The notes: generated from the sequence alone by a model not told the origin. A stretch of 64,000 nt of DNA from Planctomycetota bacterium (GCA_024280855.1 JAJRPG010000022.1:11010-75009), one strand, 5' to 3'; numbered from the stretch's first letter, positions 37,795 through 47,919 are shown. A program made the numbers and translations.

Positions 37795-38925
37795 ATGGCT
37801 ATCCCACTCATCAATCTTAAAAGACAACATGAAGCGCTACGCCACGAGATAGACACGGCGATTTCAGAAGTGATTAGTCGCGGCGACTTTATCCTTGGAG
37901 AAGCCGTTCATACTTTCGAACAACAATTCGCCCAGTACTGCGAAACCAAACATTGCATCGGCGTAAGCAGTGGGTTAGATGCCATCACCTTGACCCTAAA
38001 AGGGCTAGGCATAGGTCAAGGCGATGAAGTGATTACCCAGGCCAATACCTTCATCGCTACCGCTCTTGGTATCTACCACGCTGGCGCGACTCCCGTACTC
38101 GTTGACCACGACCCCCATACTTACAACCTGGACCCAACGCAACTCGTCTCAGCGATAACCTCTAAAACTAAAGCGATTATGCCCGTTCATCTTTATGGCC
38201 AACCTGCACAAATGGATTCCATTCGCGCCATTGCAGACGAGCATGGCTTACTCGTGATAGAAGACGCAGCCCAGGCACACGGCGCAAGATTTGATGGAAA
38301 ACGTTGTGGCAGCCTAGGTCGTGCGGCTTGCTTTAGCTTTTATCCTGGTAAAAACTTAGGGGCGTTTGGAGATGGCGGCGCGATCGTCACGGACGATGAC
38401 GAACTAGCCGATTGGCTTCGCACCGCCAGGAATTATGGCGCAAAGTCTAAGTACGAAAACATTATTCCAGGCTACAACAATCGACTGGATACGATTCAAG
38501 CGGCGATACTGCGCGTGAAACTTCAACATCTTGACACCTGGAATAAAGCCCGTCACCAATTCGCGGCGAGATACCTGGACCTTTTGAAAGATTCGGACGT
38601 GGTGCTGCCAACGACCCTCGAAAATGTAGAACACGTTTATCACCTATTCGTAGTGCGGTGTGGCAATCGAGATGAAGTTCTCGAAGCTTTGAAAGATGAG
38701 GATATTTTCGCAGGCGTCCACTATCCGCAGCCAATCCACACTCAGGAAGCTTTACGACATAATTGCATTGTACCACGCCAATTAGCTAACACGGCATCTT
38801 TCTGCGACGAATTACTCTCGCTGCCGATTTGCCCATTCATCACCGGCCGGGAAATAGACACCGTAGCTGCGATTGTCTCCCGTGTTGCCAGACCATCAAA
38901 GACATCAACGCTTCAGACGGCCTAG
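37795..38925 (+). CDS. DegT/DnrJ/EryC1/StrS-family sugar-nucleotide aminotransferase (ArnB/WbpE/GnnB-like)
   Basis: PLP-lysine region [15 protein letters not shown]; also EDAAQAHGA. Confidence 0.9.
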   Translation: MAIPLINLKRQHEALRHEIDTAISEVISRGDFILGEAVHTFEQQFAQYCETKHCIGVSSGLDAITLTLKGLGIGQGDEVITQANTFIATALGIYHAGATPVLVDHDPHTYNLDPTQLVSAITSKTKAIMPVHLYGQPAQMDSIRAIADEHGLLVIEDAAQAHGARFDGKRCGSLGRAACFSFYPGKNLGAFGDGGAIVTDDDELADWLRTARNYGAKSKYENIIPGYNNRLDTIQAAILRVKLQHLDTWNKARHQFAARYLDLLKDSDVVLPTTLENVEHVYHLFVVRCGNRDEVLEALKDEDIFAGVHYPQPIHTQEALRHNCIVPRQLANTASFCDELLSLPICPFITGREIDTVAAIVSRVARPSKTSTLQTA

Positions 38926-38963
38926 TGACGATTAGCTGACGGACGTATAAGCTACCTTGTAGT

Positions 38964-39833
38964 ATGAATCAAAATACCACCAGCCAATCAGAATCAAAAC
39001 TACTTAACGGCAGCTCGTTAGCCAAAACCTTACGAAGTCAAACCGCGAATAAGATTCAACAGATAATCCGTGAATCCGGCGTCACACCCTGCCTAGCTAC
39101 TGTCCTCGTCGGCAACGATTCCGCATCAGCGACTTACGTCCGCATGAAACATAAATGCTGCGAACAGGTTGGCATAAAATCCATTAGCCAAGAATTTCCG
39201 GAAAATACGACCACTGAAAAACTTCTCAGCGCAGTACAACAGTTAGCCCAAGACGAAACCGTTCACGGCATTCTCATTCAGCACCCCGTCCCCGCGACTA
39301 TCGACAAGCGGTCCGCCTTTGAAGCTATCCCACTTCTCAAAGACGTTGACGGCGTCAGCGCTGCCGCTTTCGGGCGAAATGTTTTTGGCATGACCGCCCA
39401 TCCGTCCTGCACCCCAGCTGGCATCATGCGTCTGCTTCAAGAATACAACATCGAGTTAGAAGGCGTCGCAGCGGTCGTCATTGGCCGAAGCCCCATCCTC
39501 GGTCGGCCGATGGCCTCCATGCTCATCAACCATCACGCCACTGTCACCCTCTGCCATTCTCGCACCCGCGACCTGTCCAGCATCGTTCGCCGAGCCGATG
39601 TCCTCATCGTAGCTGTCGGCAAGCCTTGCTTCGTCAAAGGCTCATGGATTAAACCCGGCGGCGTCGTCATAGATTGTGGCTACAACGAAGGAAACGTCGG
39701 CGACGTGGATTTCGAGCCAGCCAAGGAAATCGCATCACACATAACTCCCGTCCCCGGCGGAGTAGGCCCTATGACCATAGCCACCCTGTTAGATAACACG
39801 GCTAACGCCGCCGCCCAGCAGCTAAACATATGA
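38964..39833 (+). CDS. folD: Bifunctional methylenetetrahydrofolate dehydrogenase/methenyl-THF cyclohydrolase
   Basis: HGILIQHPVP, VIGRSPILGRPMA, TPVPGGVGPMT. Confidence 0.9.
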   Translation: MNQNTTSQSESKLLNGSSLAKTLRSQTANKIQQIIRESGVTPCLATVLVGNDSASATYVRMKHKCCEQVGIKSISQEFPENTTTEKLLSAVQQLAQDETVHGILIQHPVPATIDKRSAFEAIPLLKDVDGVSAAAFGRNVFGMTAHPSCTPAGIMRLLQEYNIELEGVAAVVIGRSPILGRPMASMLINHHATVTLCHSRTRDLSSIVRRADVLIVAVGKPCFVKGSWIKPGGVVIDCGYNEGNVGDVDFEPAKEIASHITPVPGGVGPMTIATLLDNTANAAAQQLNI

Positions 39834-39847
39834 ATAATTTGAATATA

Positions 39848-39884
39848 TCAGAGCACCTGGCGCAAGCCTGGTGGCATTTCTGTC
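39848..39884 (+). repeat. GNRA-hairpin intergenic repeat, copy 5
   Basis: tcagagCACCtGGCgcaaGCCtGGTGgcatttctgtc. Starts 15 nt after the folD stop. Confidence 0.85.
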
Positions 39885-39918
39885 GGTAACGGTGTGACTT
39901 GATGTACACTGTATAAAC

Positions 39919-39949
39919 GTGCCCGCAGGCTTGCGCCATGCGGCTCTGG
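39919..39949 (-). repeat. GNRA-hairpin intergenic repeat, copy 6 (inverted)
   Basis: Reverse complement ccagagCCGCAtGGCgcaaGCCTGCGGgcac. Confidence 0.85.
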
Positions 39950-40188
39950 TACGCTAAATCGATAACATTGGATTCGTGGAATTCATTCTGACGGGCGCGA
40001 TTCCGTAAAAGAATCCCCAATCGCAAATCCGTCAAAATCACGACACCCACATGCAGCTATCCATCCTTTTGCATTGACATTTACCGTGCATTGTCTACCT
40101 TCAGACTCCATGAATTCGCTGGCGTTACCCGACTCATGATTGCCAAGGGCCGCCGTGCATAATTTCACCCGAATGGGCTTAGTCAACG

Positions 40189-43100
40189 ATGGAACTAGAG
40201 AAACTTTACGAACCGCAAAAGGTCGAATCCGATATATACCAGCAATGGGAAAATAGCGGAGCCTTCCGCTCGACGCCTGATGACCGACCTCACGCCCAAA
40301 CCTACACCATCGTCATCCCTCCCCCCAACGTCACCGGCGCGCTTCACTTAGGTCACGCACTTAACAATACGCTTCAAGACATGCTAGTTCGCTATCACCG
40401 CATGCGCGGCTTCAACACCTTATGGCAACCAGGCTGCGACCATGCGGGCATTGCGACCCAAGCCGTCGTCGAGCGCCGCATTCGAGAAACCGAAGGTTTG
40501 TCTCGCCACGATATTGGCCGGGAGGAGCTTGTCCGCCGCATCTGGGAGTGGAAAGAAGAATACGAAAAACGCATTCTCTCCCAACTAAAGCTCATGGGCT
40601 GTTCCTGCGACTGGGAGCGGTCCCGATTCACCCTCGACGATGGATTAGCCAAGGCGGTTCGACTGCAATTTTTCAACCTCTTCAAAGACGGACTTATCTT
40701 CCGAGGCAAGCGTCTGGTCAATTGGGACACAGAATTGCAAACGGCTGTCGCCAATGATGAAGTCTATCACGAGACCATCAAAGGAAAATTTTGGCACTTC
40801 AAATACCCGGTCATCGACCCACAACCCGGCGAGCCAGAGTTCGTCATCATCGCTACGACTCGACCTGAAACCATGTTGGGAGATACAGCTGTCGCGGTCA
40901 GCGCCGACCCTGAAGGTGAACTCAATAAAGCTGAGCAAAAATTGCTCGATAGTCTCTCGGAGGCTTCCGAAAAAGATAAACCGGGCATCCAGGCGAAGAT
41001 TGATTCCATTATCGAGCGACGCGAAACACACCTGCCTCAACTTATTACGCTAGCGAAAATGGCGAACGCCGACCGAAAGTTACGCTTGCCATTGGTTGAT
41101 CGAGAAATCCCGCTCATCACCGACCAACACGCCAACCCAACACTTGGCAGCGGGTGCGTAAAAATCACTCCTGCGCATGACCCCAACGATTACGAAGTCG
41201 GCATGAGACAAGACCCGCCGTTGCCCATGATTAACGTACTCACCAGAGACGGCAAGATCGCGATAATCGTCGAGACAGACGGCAGTGAAAACCCAAACAG
41301 TAAAAAATACGAAGGACTAACTTTCGCAGGCGAAGGCCGAGATAAAGTCGTCGCTGATTTAGACGCACTCGAATTAGTCCACGACATTGAAGACCGCGCC
41401 CGCGAAGTAGGACACAGCGACCGAAGCAAAGCCCCCATCGAGCCGTTCCTATCCGATCAATGGTTCGTAAAAACCGGCGACGTTGACGGAGACGGTGTCT
41501 TACTCGCCAACGATAATAAAGTCTCCGGCATTGCGCAAGCTGCTATTGATACCGTTCGACACGAACGCATAAATATCTTCCCAACGCGATATGCAAAAAG
41601 TTATGTAGATTGGCTCGGCGAAAAGCGCGACTGGTGTATTAGTCGGCAGCTTTGGTGGGGACATAGAATTCCTGTATGGACTTTCCGATGTGGAATAAAC
41701 CCACAAGATATACAGTCTGACGATCAGCCTATATCAAGATACGATCAAGCATTAGACAAACTAGAAGCTGCCATACGTAGCTTCTTAAAAGTTGCAGTCC
41801 CTGAATCCAAAGTCGCATTCTTAAGACGAGGGCAGCTCGGATACAATGTTGGCGTTTGCACAACGGATCAGAGATGCGACGACGCTCTGCTGTCATTACA
41901 AAGATTCCACGAGAATCTTGGTTTCAAAGAAATAATACCAGGAAAACCTAAAGAACCGACAGAAGCAAGATTGGTAGGATTCCCGCACGCCACTGAAACT
42001 GGCATGGCGGTATCTAGCCTGTTACTTGATTATGATAAAGGACTCACCCAAGATGAAGACGTCCTCGACACCTGGTTCTCATCCGCCCTTTGGCCATTCA
42101 GCACCCTCGGTTGGCCGGAGCAAACGTCGCACCTCAAACAGTACTACCCTGGCAGCGTGCTGATTACTTCTCGTGACATTATTACAAACTGGGTCGCCCG
42201 CATGGTCATGTTCGGCTTATATGCTATTGGCAAAGTTCCTTTCGACCACGTTTACATCCACCCGAAAATTCTCGATGGCCGGGGCGAGACGATGAGCAAG
42301 TCCAAAGGCAACGGCGTCGACCCGGTGGACATTATCCACACCCACGGCGCAGACGCTCTCCGTTACGCCATGGCCGACATGACCACGGAGACCCAGGACA
42401 TCCGCATGCCGGTCGAATACATCTGCCCGCATTGCGAAAAACTGGTTGACCAATCGTTAGCCATCAAAGCCGAGGAGCAATCTCGTAAATCTCGCGGTAT
42501 TAAGCTGGACAGAAAACTTCAGCCATCCGATTGTCACCGCGTCAAGTGCCTCAACAAAGAATGTGGAAAAGAATTTTCGACCAAGTGGGCTGACGAAGAT
42601 ACTAGAAACGAATTAAAGACCGCGCGCGAAACATCGGACAAATTCGACCTGGGCCGAAACTTCTGCAACAAGCTTTGGAACGCGGCTCGCTACGCTTTTA
42701 TGAACATCGAAGGCGCAGCCTGCAACAAACTAGACCCCAATGCCTTGCTACCCGAAGACCGCTGGATTCTTTCCACGCTCTCCCAAACCATCCGCGCGTA
42801 TCATCAAGCCTTGCAACTTTACCAGTTCTCAGCCTCAATAAAAATACTCCGCGAATTTTTCTGGGAAAATCTCTGCAACTGGTACATCGAACTCACAAAG
42901 CCAAGATTAACTGCAACAACTAATGTGGACTCATCAGCTACCGCCAAGCAGGTGCTAGCATTCTGCATGGACCAGATGTTACGCCTCTTTCATCCAACCC
43001 TACCATTTATTACCGAACGTCTCTGGCAACAACTTAACGAAATCGCGCCCAAGCGGGGTTTGCCTGGCATAGCCGAACTCAACACGGACTCACAACTAAT

Positions 43101-43617
43101 CGTAGCTGAGTTCCCGCCAGTCGAAGGTTACGCATCGCTGGAAGACGAAGCCATCGTCAACACATTTAGTCAATTACAAGATGCCACCCGCGGCGTTCGT
43201 GATCTGCGCACGCAATGCAAGGTCGTCCCGAAAGATCGTGTAACAGTCACCATCGCTCTACCCGCCGACGATGTCAGCTCGTTTGAGTCTCACGCCCACA
43301 TCGTCACCAACATGGCTGGGATTGGTTCGCTGACGGTTGATCCAAGCGCCAAACGCCCCTCCAACGCCGCCAGCGTAAACATCCAAGGCCTGCGCATTTA
43401 CGTTCACGACGTCAGCGACGACGCCGCTGAGCGAAAGCGTACTACGAAAACGCTGGATAATCTTGAAAAACAAATCAAGGGCAAACAGAGCAAACTCGGC
43501 AACGAAAAGTTCGTAGCTAACGCCCCACCGGAAGTCATTACCGTCGAACGCGAACGTCTCGAAGAAATGCTGACACAACAGAAGTCCTTACAATCGCACT
43601 TAGCGGAGCTAGGATAA
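40189..43617 (+). CDS. valS: Valine--tRNA ligase (long form, 1142 aa)
   Basis: HIGH region PPPNVTGALHLGHA, WCISRQLWWGHRIP, DVLDTWFSS, KMSKS as TMSKSKGNG, C-terminal coiled coil. Confidence 0.95.
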   Translation: MELEKLYEPQKVESDIYQQWENSGAFRSTPDDRPHAQTYTIVIPPPNVTGALHLGHALNNTLQDMLVRYHRMRGFNTLWQPGCDHAGIATQAVVERRIRETEGLSRHDIGREELVRRIWEWKEEYEKRILSQLKLMGCSCDWERSRFTLDDGLAKAVRLQFFNLFKDGLIFRGKRLVNWDTELQTAVANDEVYHETIKGKFWHFKYPVIDPQPGEPEFVIIATTRPETMLGDTAVAVSADPEGELNKAEQKLLDSLSEASEKDKPGIQAKIDSIIERRETHLPQLITLAKMANADRKLRLPLVDREIPLITDQHANPTLGSGCVKITPAHDPNDYEVGMRQDPPLPMINVLTRDGKIAIIVETDGSENPNSKKYEGLTFAGEGRDKVVADLDALELVHDIEDRAREVGHSDRSKAPIEPFLSDQWFVKTGDVDGDGVLLANDNKVSGIAQAAIDTVRHERINIFPTRYAKSYVDWLGEKRDWCISRQLWWGHRIPVWTFRCGINPQDIQSDDQPISRYDQALDKLEAAIRSFLKVAVPESKVAFLRRGQLGYNVGVCTTDQRCDDALLSLQRFHENLGFKEIIPGKPKEPTEARLVGFPHATETGMAVSSLLLDYDKGLTQDEDVLDTWFSSALWPFSTLGWPEQTSHLKQYYPGSVLITSRDIITNWVARMVMFGLYAIGKVPFDHVYIHPKILDGRGETMSKSKGNGVDPVDIIHTHGADALRYAMADMTTETQDIRMPVEYICPHCEKLVDQSLAIKAEEQSRKSRGIKLDRKLQPSDCHRVKCLNKECGKEFSTKWADEDTRNELKTARETSDKFDLGRNFCNKLWNAARYAFMNIEGAACNKLDPNALLPEDRWILSTLSQTIRAYHQALQLYQFSASIKILREFFWENLCNWYIELTKPRLTATTNVDSSATAKQVLAFCMDQMLRLFHPTLPFITERLWQQLNEIAPKRGLPGIAELNTDSQLIVAEFPPVEGYASLEDEAIVNTFSQLQDATRGVRDLRTQCKVVPKDRVTVTIALPADDVSSFESHAHIVTNMAGIGSLTVDPSAKRPSNAASVNIQGLRIYVHDVSDDAAERKRTTKTLDNLEKQIKGKQSKLGNEKFVANAPPEVITVERERLEEMLTQQKSLQSHLAELG

Positions 43618-43877
43618 CAGCACAACTAAACATGGCCCACCTAAATAAGCCCTAATGATGGCCTGTCATTTTTTCTTCGTGCAAAAAACAAACAACTCAC
43701 AGGCTGTGGCGGCGGCTAGCCCTTGTTTTGCCCGGCGAAGGCTTGTCAGGTTTGCATTCCTATCCGACAATGCTGGTGGAGGGCCGATGTCTAGTATGAG
43801 CATCGACCAGCTTCGTAATTGATCAATTATTTCGATCAGATTCAATGGCGGTGCAACGCACGCAAGGAGGCGCAATT

Positions 43878-44075
43878 ATGAGCCAATCTCGAAACGAATG
43901 GTTTGTCGAACAATTCCATCTACAAAGCCCTATCGAAGAATTCCAAACGCATTGCCGATTGGAAATCGAAAGGCTTAGAAAAGATAAATCAGATTTCGAC
44001 GAAGGTAGCTATCGTGAAGCGATTCATTTGGTCATGGAGCAATTGCGCCCCGCAGGAATAGGCCAACAACTATGA
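43878..44075 (+). CDS. Small (65-aa) soluble protein coupled to the SMC-like ATPase
   Basis: AAGGAGG Shine-Dalgarno 7 nt before the ATG at 43878. Its stop overlaps the ATPase start (ATGA). The ORF is open from 43845. Confidence 0.55.
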   Translation: MSQSRNEWFVEQFHLQSPIEEFQTHCRLEIERLRKDKSDFDEGSYREAIHLVMEQLRPAGIGQQL

Positions 44076-46387
44076 TCTTAAAACATATTGAAGCAGAAAA
44101 TATCCTCAAATATCAAAGGCTAAAAATTACGGACCTGCCCGAACGTGGACAGATTGCCGTATCAGGCTTAAACGAATCAGGTAAGACCGCTATCGGCGAA
44201 ACCATCTGCCTGGCGCTGTTTGGCCGAACCTACTCGCTGGACTCCAACAACCTGCACAAAGTCATACGATGGGGCGAATACTCCGGATATGTGCGCGTAG
44301 ATTTTGCGGGCTGTGATGGCCGAACGTACCGAATCGTGCGCAAGCTCGACAACACCGGCAAACACGAAGCCGAGCTTTTTCTTGATGGTGACCGAAAACC
44401 AACCGCTCATGGCGTAAATGAAGTAGCCGAGGCGATTCAAAAAGTGACAGGCTTTTCCTATCAAAGCTATATTGACAGCTTCTACCTCGCCCAAAGAGAA
44501 ATCGAAGTCCCCCACAGCAAAAGTGCCACCGTCAAAGCACTCATCGGCGTGGATAAACTCGAAACAGCCGCCGCTCATCTCAAACGCGAGCAAACAGAAT
44601 TCACTAACGCGGCACAAGCCCTTGAGGGAGACATTGACAAAACAAGGCAAGCGGTACGAGACATCAATTTAGATCGCGCCAAGCTAGGCCGATTAGAATC
44701 CCAGCGAGAAACCGTCTTAACCGCAGCCGCCGAAGCGACTAAATCAGCTACGGAATTAGCCAACGGCGCATCAGCCATCGGCAAAGCATCCGCCGCCTTC
44801 GAACAAGCAGCCGCTGCGTTTGCCCAAACATCTGTTGAAACTAACTTCAGCCAATGGCGCGGACGCCGCCAGTCACTCGATACTTGCTTAGCCGTTGCCT
44901 CCAAGGCATCCAAAGCGACAGGCATGGAAGTAGGCACAACTGCCTTATCCAATACGGCTGAGACAATGAAGGCCTTTGACCTGGGTCTGGGAGAATACGA
45001 AAAAGTCGCCGACCTAGCTTCTCGATATAAGCAGCAACTGTTTCATCGTCTACAGGAAACCATTACTCCCGCGAGTAAAGCTTCAGTTAAAGATATCGCC
45101 ACCCGCGTAACGGATTCAAAATTTGCAGATTTGCGACATGGCGCCACTCTACTTCTCAACGCACGCACCAAGCAGCGAAGCATGTATATAGGTTCATCCG
45201 TCTTCGTCGCCCTGCTTTCGCTGTGCGGTTGGTTATGCTGGGGCGCGTTGTACGCCTGGCCCGATACCGCTCTGGCTGGCTTCTTGACTGGCATCCTCCC
45301 CGTATCGCAGACCGCCCGCTTGGCAATCATGCTGACCGGGGGCATCGTCGGAACCATCGCAACAGCTGGAACAATCGCGTTATGCTTTAGAACAATGGCA
45401 CGTATCAAAGATTCGCAAAAGCAGCTATCCCAAATCAACACAGAAGAACATATTGCACGAACTGAGTTTGGCGTCATTGAAGCCATCGACGCAGCGACCT
45501 TACCCAAGGCCATCGAAGCATTACGCGGCGTACAAAACGATTTAGTTAACAGTGCCGCTACTTCTTTCTTAGACAGCCAAGGTGCGATCCTTATCAAGCC
45601 GGACCACCTGTCTGACAAGTTAGATGATCTCAAACGTGGTAGCAGCCGAGCGGTATCCTCACTCAAACAAGGGCAAGACCGAATCTCCCAGCGCTCGGCC
45701 AAGGCGACCGCACAAGCGGAGCAGCATCGTCGAGAAGCAGCGACCCTTGAACAGCAGATTAACGAAGAACGCGCGTTATGGGAAAAATCAGAGGTGCTTG
45801 AAAGATCGTTAGCCGACTTGGAATCTCAGACCAAGCAGCTTCGTCACAACATACAGGTTCGCAAATTATCCTGCGAACTCATCGAAGGCGGATGTCGCCG
45901 TATCTATTCTCGTTTCGAGCCAGAACTGCGACGCTTCGTAGGAAAAATTCTGCCTCACCTAACCCAAGAGCGATACGAGCATCTGGAAATTGACGACGAC
46001 TTACATGTGCGCGTTTTTTGCAATAAGAAAAACGACTTCGTCAGCTTATCTGAAATTTCCAATGGAACGCACCGCCAGCTAATGCTCAGCGTTCGCCTGG
46101 CTCTGTCGCAGGCGCTCATCGCCTCATCCAACAACACTGCTCAGTTCATTTTCTTTGACGAACCGTTCGCCTTTTTTGATGAACACCGCATGGCCAAGGC
46201 GATTGAGGTGCTTCGGCGGATTAGTCCACAGCTCACGCAGGTTTGGCTCGCGGCACAAAAATTTGATAATACCTCAAACTTCGACTTGCTACTAAACTGC
46301 AACGTAGATGGCCATGTACTTGAAGTATCAGGTAAACCTACAAGACGCTCCCGTTCGTCTCAATCGACAGGCGCAACGACCGCATAA
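44072..46387 (+). CDS. Rad50/SbcC/SMC-like ABC ATPase with a transmembrane hairpin inside the coiled coil
   Basis: Walker A GLNESGKTA, Q-loop YLAQRE, signature-like LSEISNGTHRQL, Walker B FIFFDEPFAFFD. The central hydrophobic helices are MYIGSSVFVALLSLCGWLCWGALYAW and LAIMLTGGIVGTIATAGTIALCF. Confidence 0.75.
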   Translation: MILKHIEAENILKYQRLKITDLPERGQIAVSGLNESGKTAIGETICLALFGRTYSLDSNNLHKVIRWGEYSGYVRVDFAGCDGRTYRIVRKLDNTGKHEAELFLDGDRKPTAHGVNEVAEAIQKVTGFSYQSYIDSFYLAQREIEVPHSKSATVKALIGVDKLETAAAHLKREQTEFTNAAQALEGDIDKTRQAVRDINLDRAKLGRLESQRETVLTAAAEATKSATELANGASAIGKASAAFEQAAAAFAQTSVETNFSQWRGRRQSLDTCLAVASKASKATGMEVGTTALSNTAETMKAFDLGLGEYEKVADLASRYKQQLFHRLQETITPASKASVKDIATRVTDSKFADLRHGATLLLNARTKQRSMYIGSSVFVALLSLCGWLCWGALYAWPDTALAGFLTGILPVSQTARLAIMLTGGIVGTIATAGTIALCFRTMARIKDSQKQLSQINTEEHIARTEFGVIEAIDAATLPKAIEALRGVQNDLVNSAATSFLDSQGAILIKPDHLSDKLDDLKRGSSRAVSSLKQGQDRISQRSAKATAQAEQHRREAATLEQQINEERALWEKSEVLERSLADLESQTKQLRHNIQVRKLSCELIEGGCRRIYSRFEPELRRFVGKILPHLTQERYEHLEIDDDLHVRVFCNKKNDFVSLSEISNGTHRQLMLSVRLALSQALIASSNNTAQFIFFDEPFAFFDEHRMAKAIEVLRRISPQLTQVWLAAQKFDNTSNFDLLLNCNVDGHVLEVSGKPTRRSRSSQSTGATTA

Positions 46388-46486
46388 CATGGTTATAGCC
46401 CCTGCATCGAACTTCCTGCTTGCCTCTAGCGTAAGTGATGTAGGCCCATTATATGTATCACGGTTACTCACACACGCGCGATCTGC

Positions 46487-47650
46487 ATGAAAATTTGCCA
46501 TGTCATCACCCGGCTCATCATTGGCGGCGCCCAGGAAAACACCGTACTAACCTGCCGCGGGCTGGTGGAGAAAGACCACGAGGTAACACTAATCGCCGGC
46601 CCTGAAACCGGACCAGAAGGTTCATTGTGGGATCAAGCCAAACAAACAGGCTGCGCAATTGAACAAATAGATTTCCTACGCCGAACCATTTCGCCGCTAT
46701 CGGATTGGCGGGCGCGGCGCGACTTAACCGCATTGTTCAAACGCATTCAGCCCGACGTCGTCCACACCCATAGCAGCAAAGCTGGCATCATCGGGCGCGA
46801 AGCCGCATCACTTGCTGGCGTATCAAACATTGTTCACACCATTCATGGGATGAGTTTTAACCGAACCCAGCCGCCCTTTTCGCGATGGCTATACCGCACG
46901 CTCGAACGCAGAGCGGCCCGCGTCACCACCGCATTCGTCTGCGTAGCTGATGCCATGACAGAACAAGCCGTCGCTGCAGGATTAGCCCCTGCGTCAAGCT
47001 TTATAACAATTCGCTCAGGCATGGAGGTCGATCTCTTTACGCCGAATCCAGAATTGCGAAAGTCCCTGCGAAAAAAATGGGGCGTCTCCAAAGATGAAGT
47101 TGTCGTAGGAACCGTAGCTAGATTGTTCAAAAATAAAGGCTATGAAGACATCATCCAAGCGATCCCTCAGGCTGTCGTGGGGAATAAAAAGTTAAAATTC
47201 GTCTGGATTGGCGACGGCGCTTATCGTCAACGATACGAGCAATCGTTACAAGCGATTAACTTACGCAACCGAGTACACTTGACAGGCTTGGTATCTCCCA
47301 CGGAAATCCCCAAGCTTATGAACGGCTTTGACATGCTCGTCCATGCTTCTCATTGGGAAGGTCTGCCGCGAACTGTCGTGCAGGCGTCACTCACGGAAGT
47401 TCCCGCGATTTCGTATGACAACGACGGCGCGCCAGAAGTTGTCATCCCCAACCAAACAGGCGTCCTGGTGAAATGCGGCCAAATAGACCAATTAGCCACA
47501 GCCATCATTAAGCTCTCCCTCGATCCCAAACAAAGACTCACACTCGGACGCGCCGCTAGACGCAAATGCCTCTCAGATTTCGACTGGCGACGGATGGTCG
47601 ATCAGCTGGACCAGCTTTATGCAAAATTATTCTTAAGGCCAACGGGTTAA
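46487..47650 (+). CDS. Family 4 glycosyltransferase (GT-B)
   Basis: MKICHVITRLIIGGAQ N-terminus. E-x7-E region WEGLPRTVVQASLTEVP. Confidence 0.85.
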   Translation: MKICHVITRLIIGGAQENTVLTCRGLVEKDHEVTLIAGPETGPEGSLWDQAKQTGCAIEQIDFLRRTISPLSDWRARRDLTALFKRIQPDVVHTHSSKAGIIGREAASLAGVSNIVHTIHGMSFNRTQPPFSRWLYRTLERRAARVTTAFVCVADAMTEQAVAAGLAPASSFITIRSGMEVDLFTPNPELRKSLRKKWGVSKDEVVVGTVARLFKNKGYEDIIQAIPQAVVGNKKLKFVWIGDGAYRQRYEQSLQAINLRNRVHLTGLVSPTEIPKLMNGFDMLVHASHWEGLPRTVVQASLTEVPAISYDNDGAPEVVIPNQTGVLVKCGQIDQLATAIIKLSLDPKQRLTLGRAARRKCLSDFDWRRMVDQLDQLYAKLFLRPTG

Positions 47651-47732
47651 CATGGGGGAAATCACATGCTCTCGATCAGCATAACACTATCCATAGCCAT
47701 GACACCATGTATACGCAGATCACATAGTATTC

Positions 47733-47775
47733 ATTATCGGACCTACAGTAGGGGTTTAAGGCTAAATCCTATAGG
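47733..47775 (+). promoter_or_regulatory. Bipartite motif ATTATCGGACCTA-N18-AAATCCTATAGG (copy 2)
   Basis: Same two half-sites as 35718-35751. Lies 145 nt upstream of the PEP-CTERM gene start. Confidence 0.4.
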
Positions 47776-47919
47776 AAAGATTTGCAATTTATTACTAGCC
47801 TACCTCGCCTACAGCCGCTATAATGCGGTGTAAGGATTGCTTTGAGCATTATATATATTGCCGTAGCGCACTGGGGTGAACGACAGTATTTTGGGGTTGA
47901 AAATCGGAGGTTAGGGAAG

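Noticed and set aside
39950-40188. Possible T-box or other leader riboswitch in the long valS 5' region.
   Set aside because: I found no specifier-loop or T-box consensus, and no terminator/antiterminator alternative. The length of the spacer is explained by the two repeat insertions.
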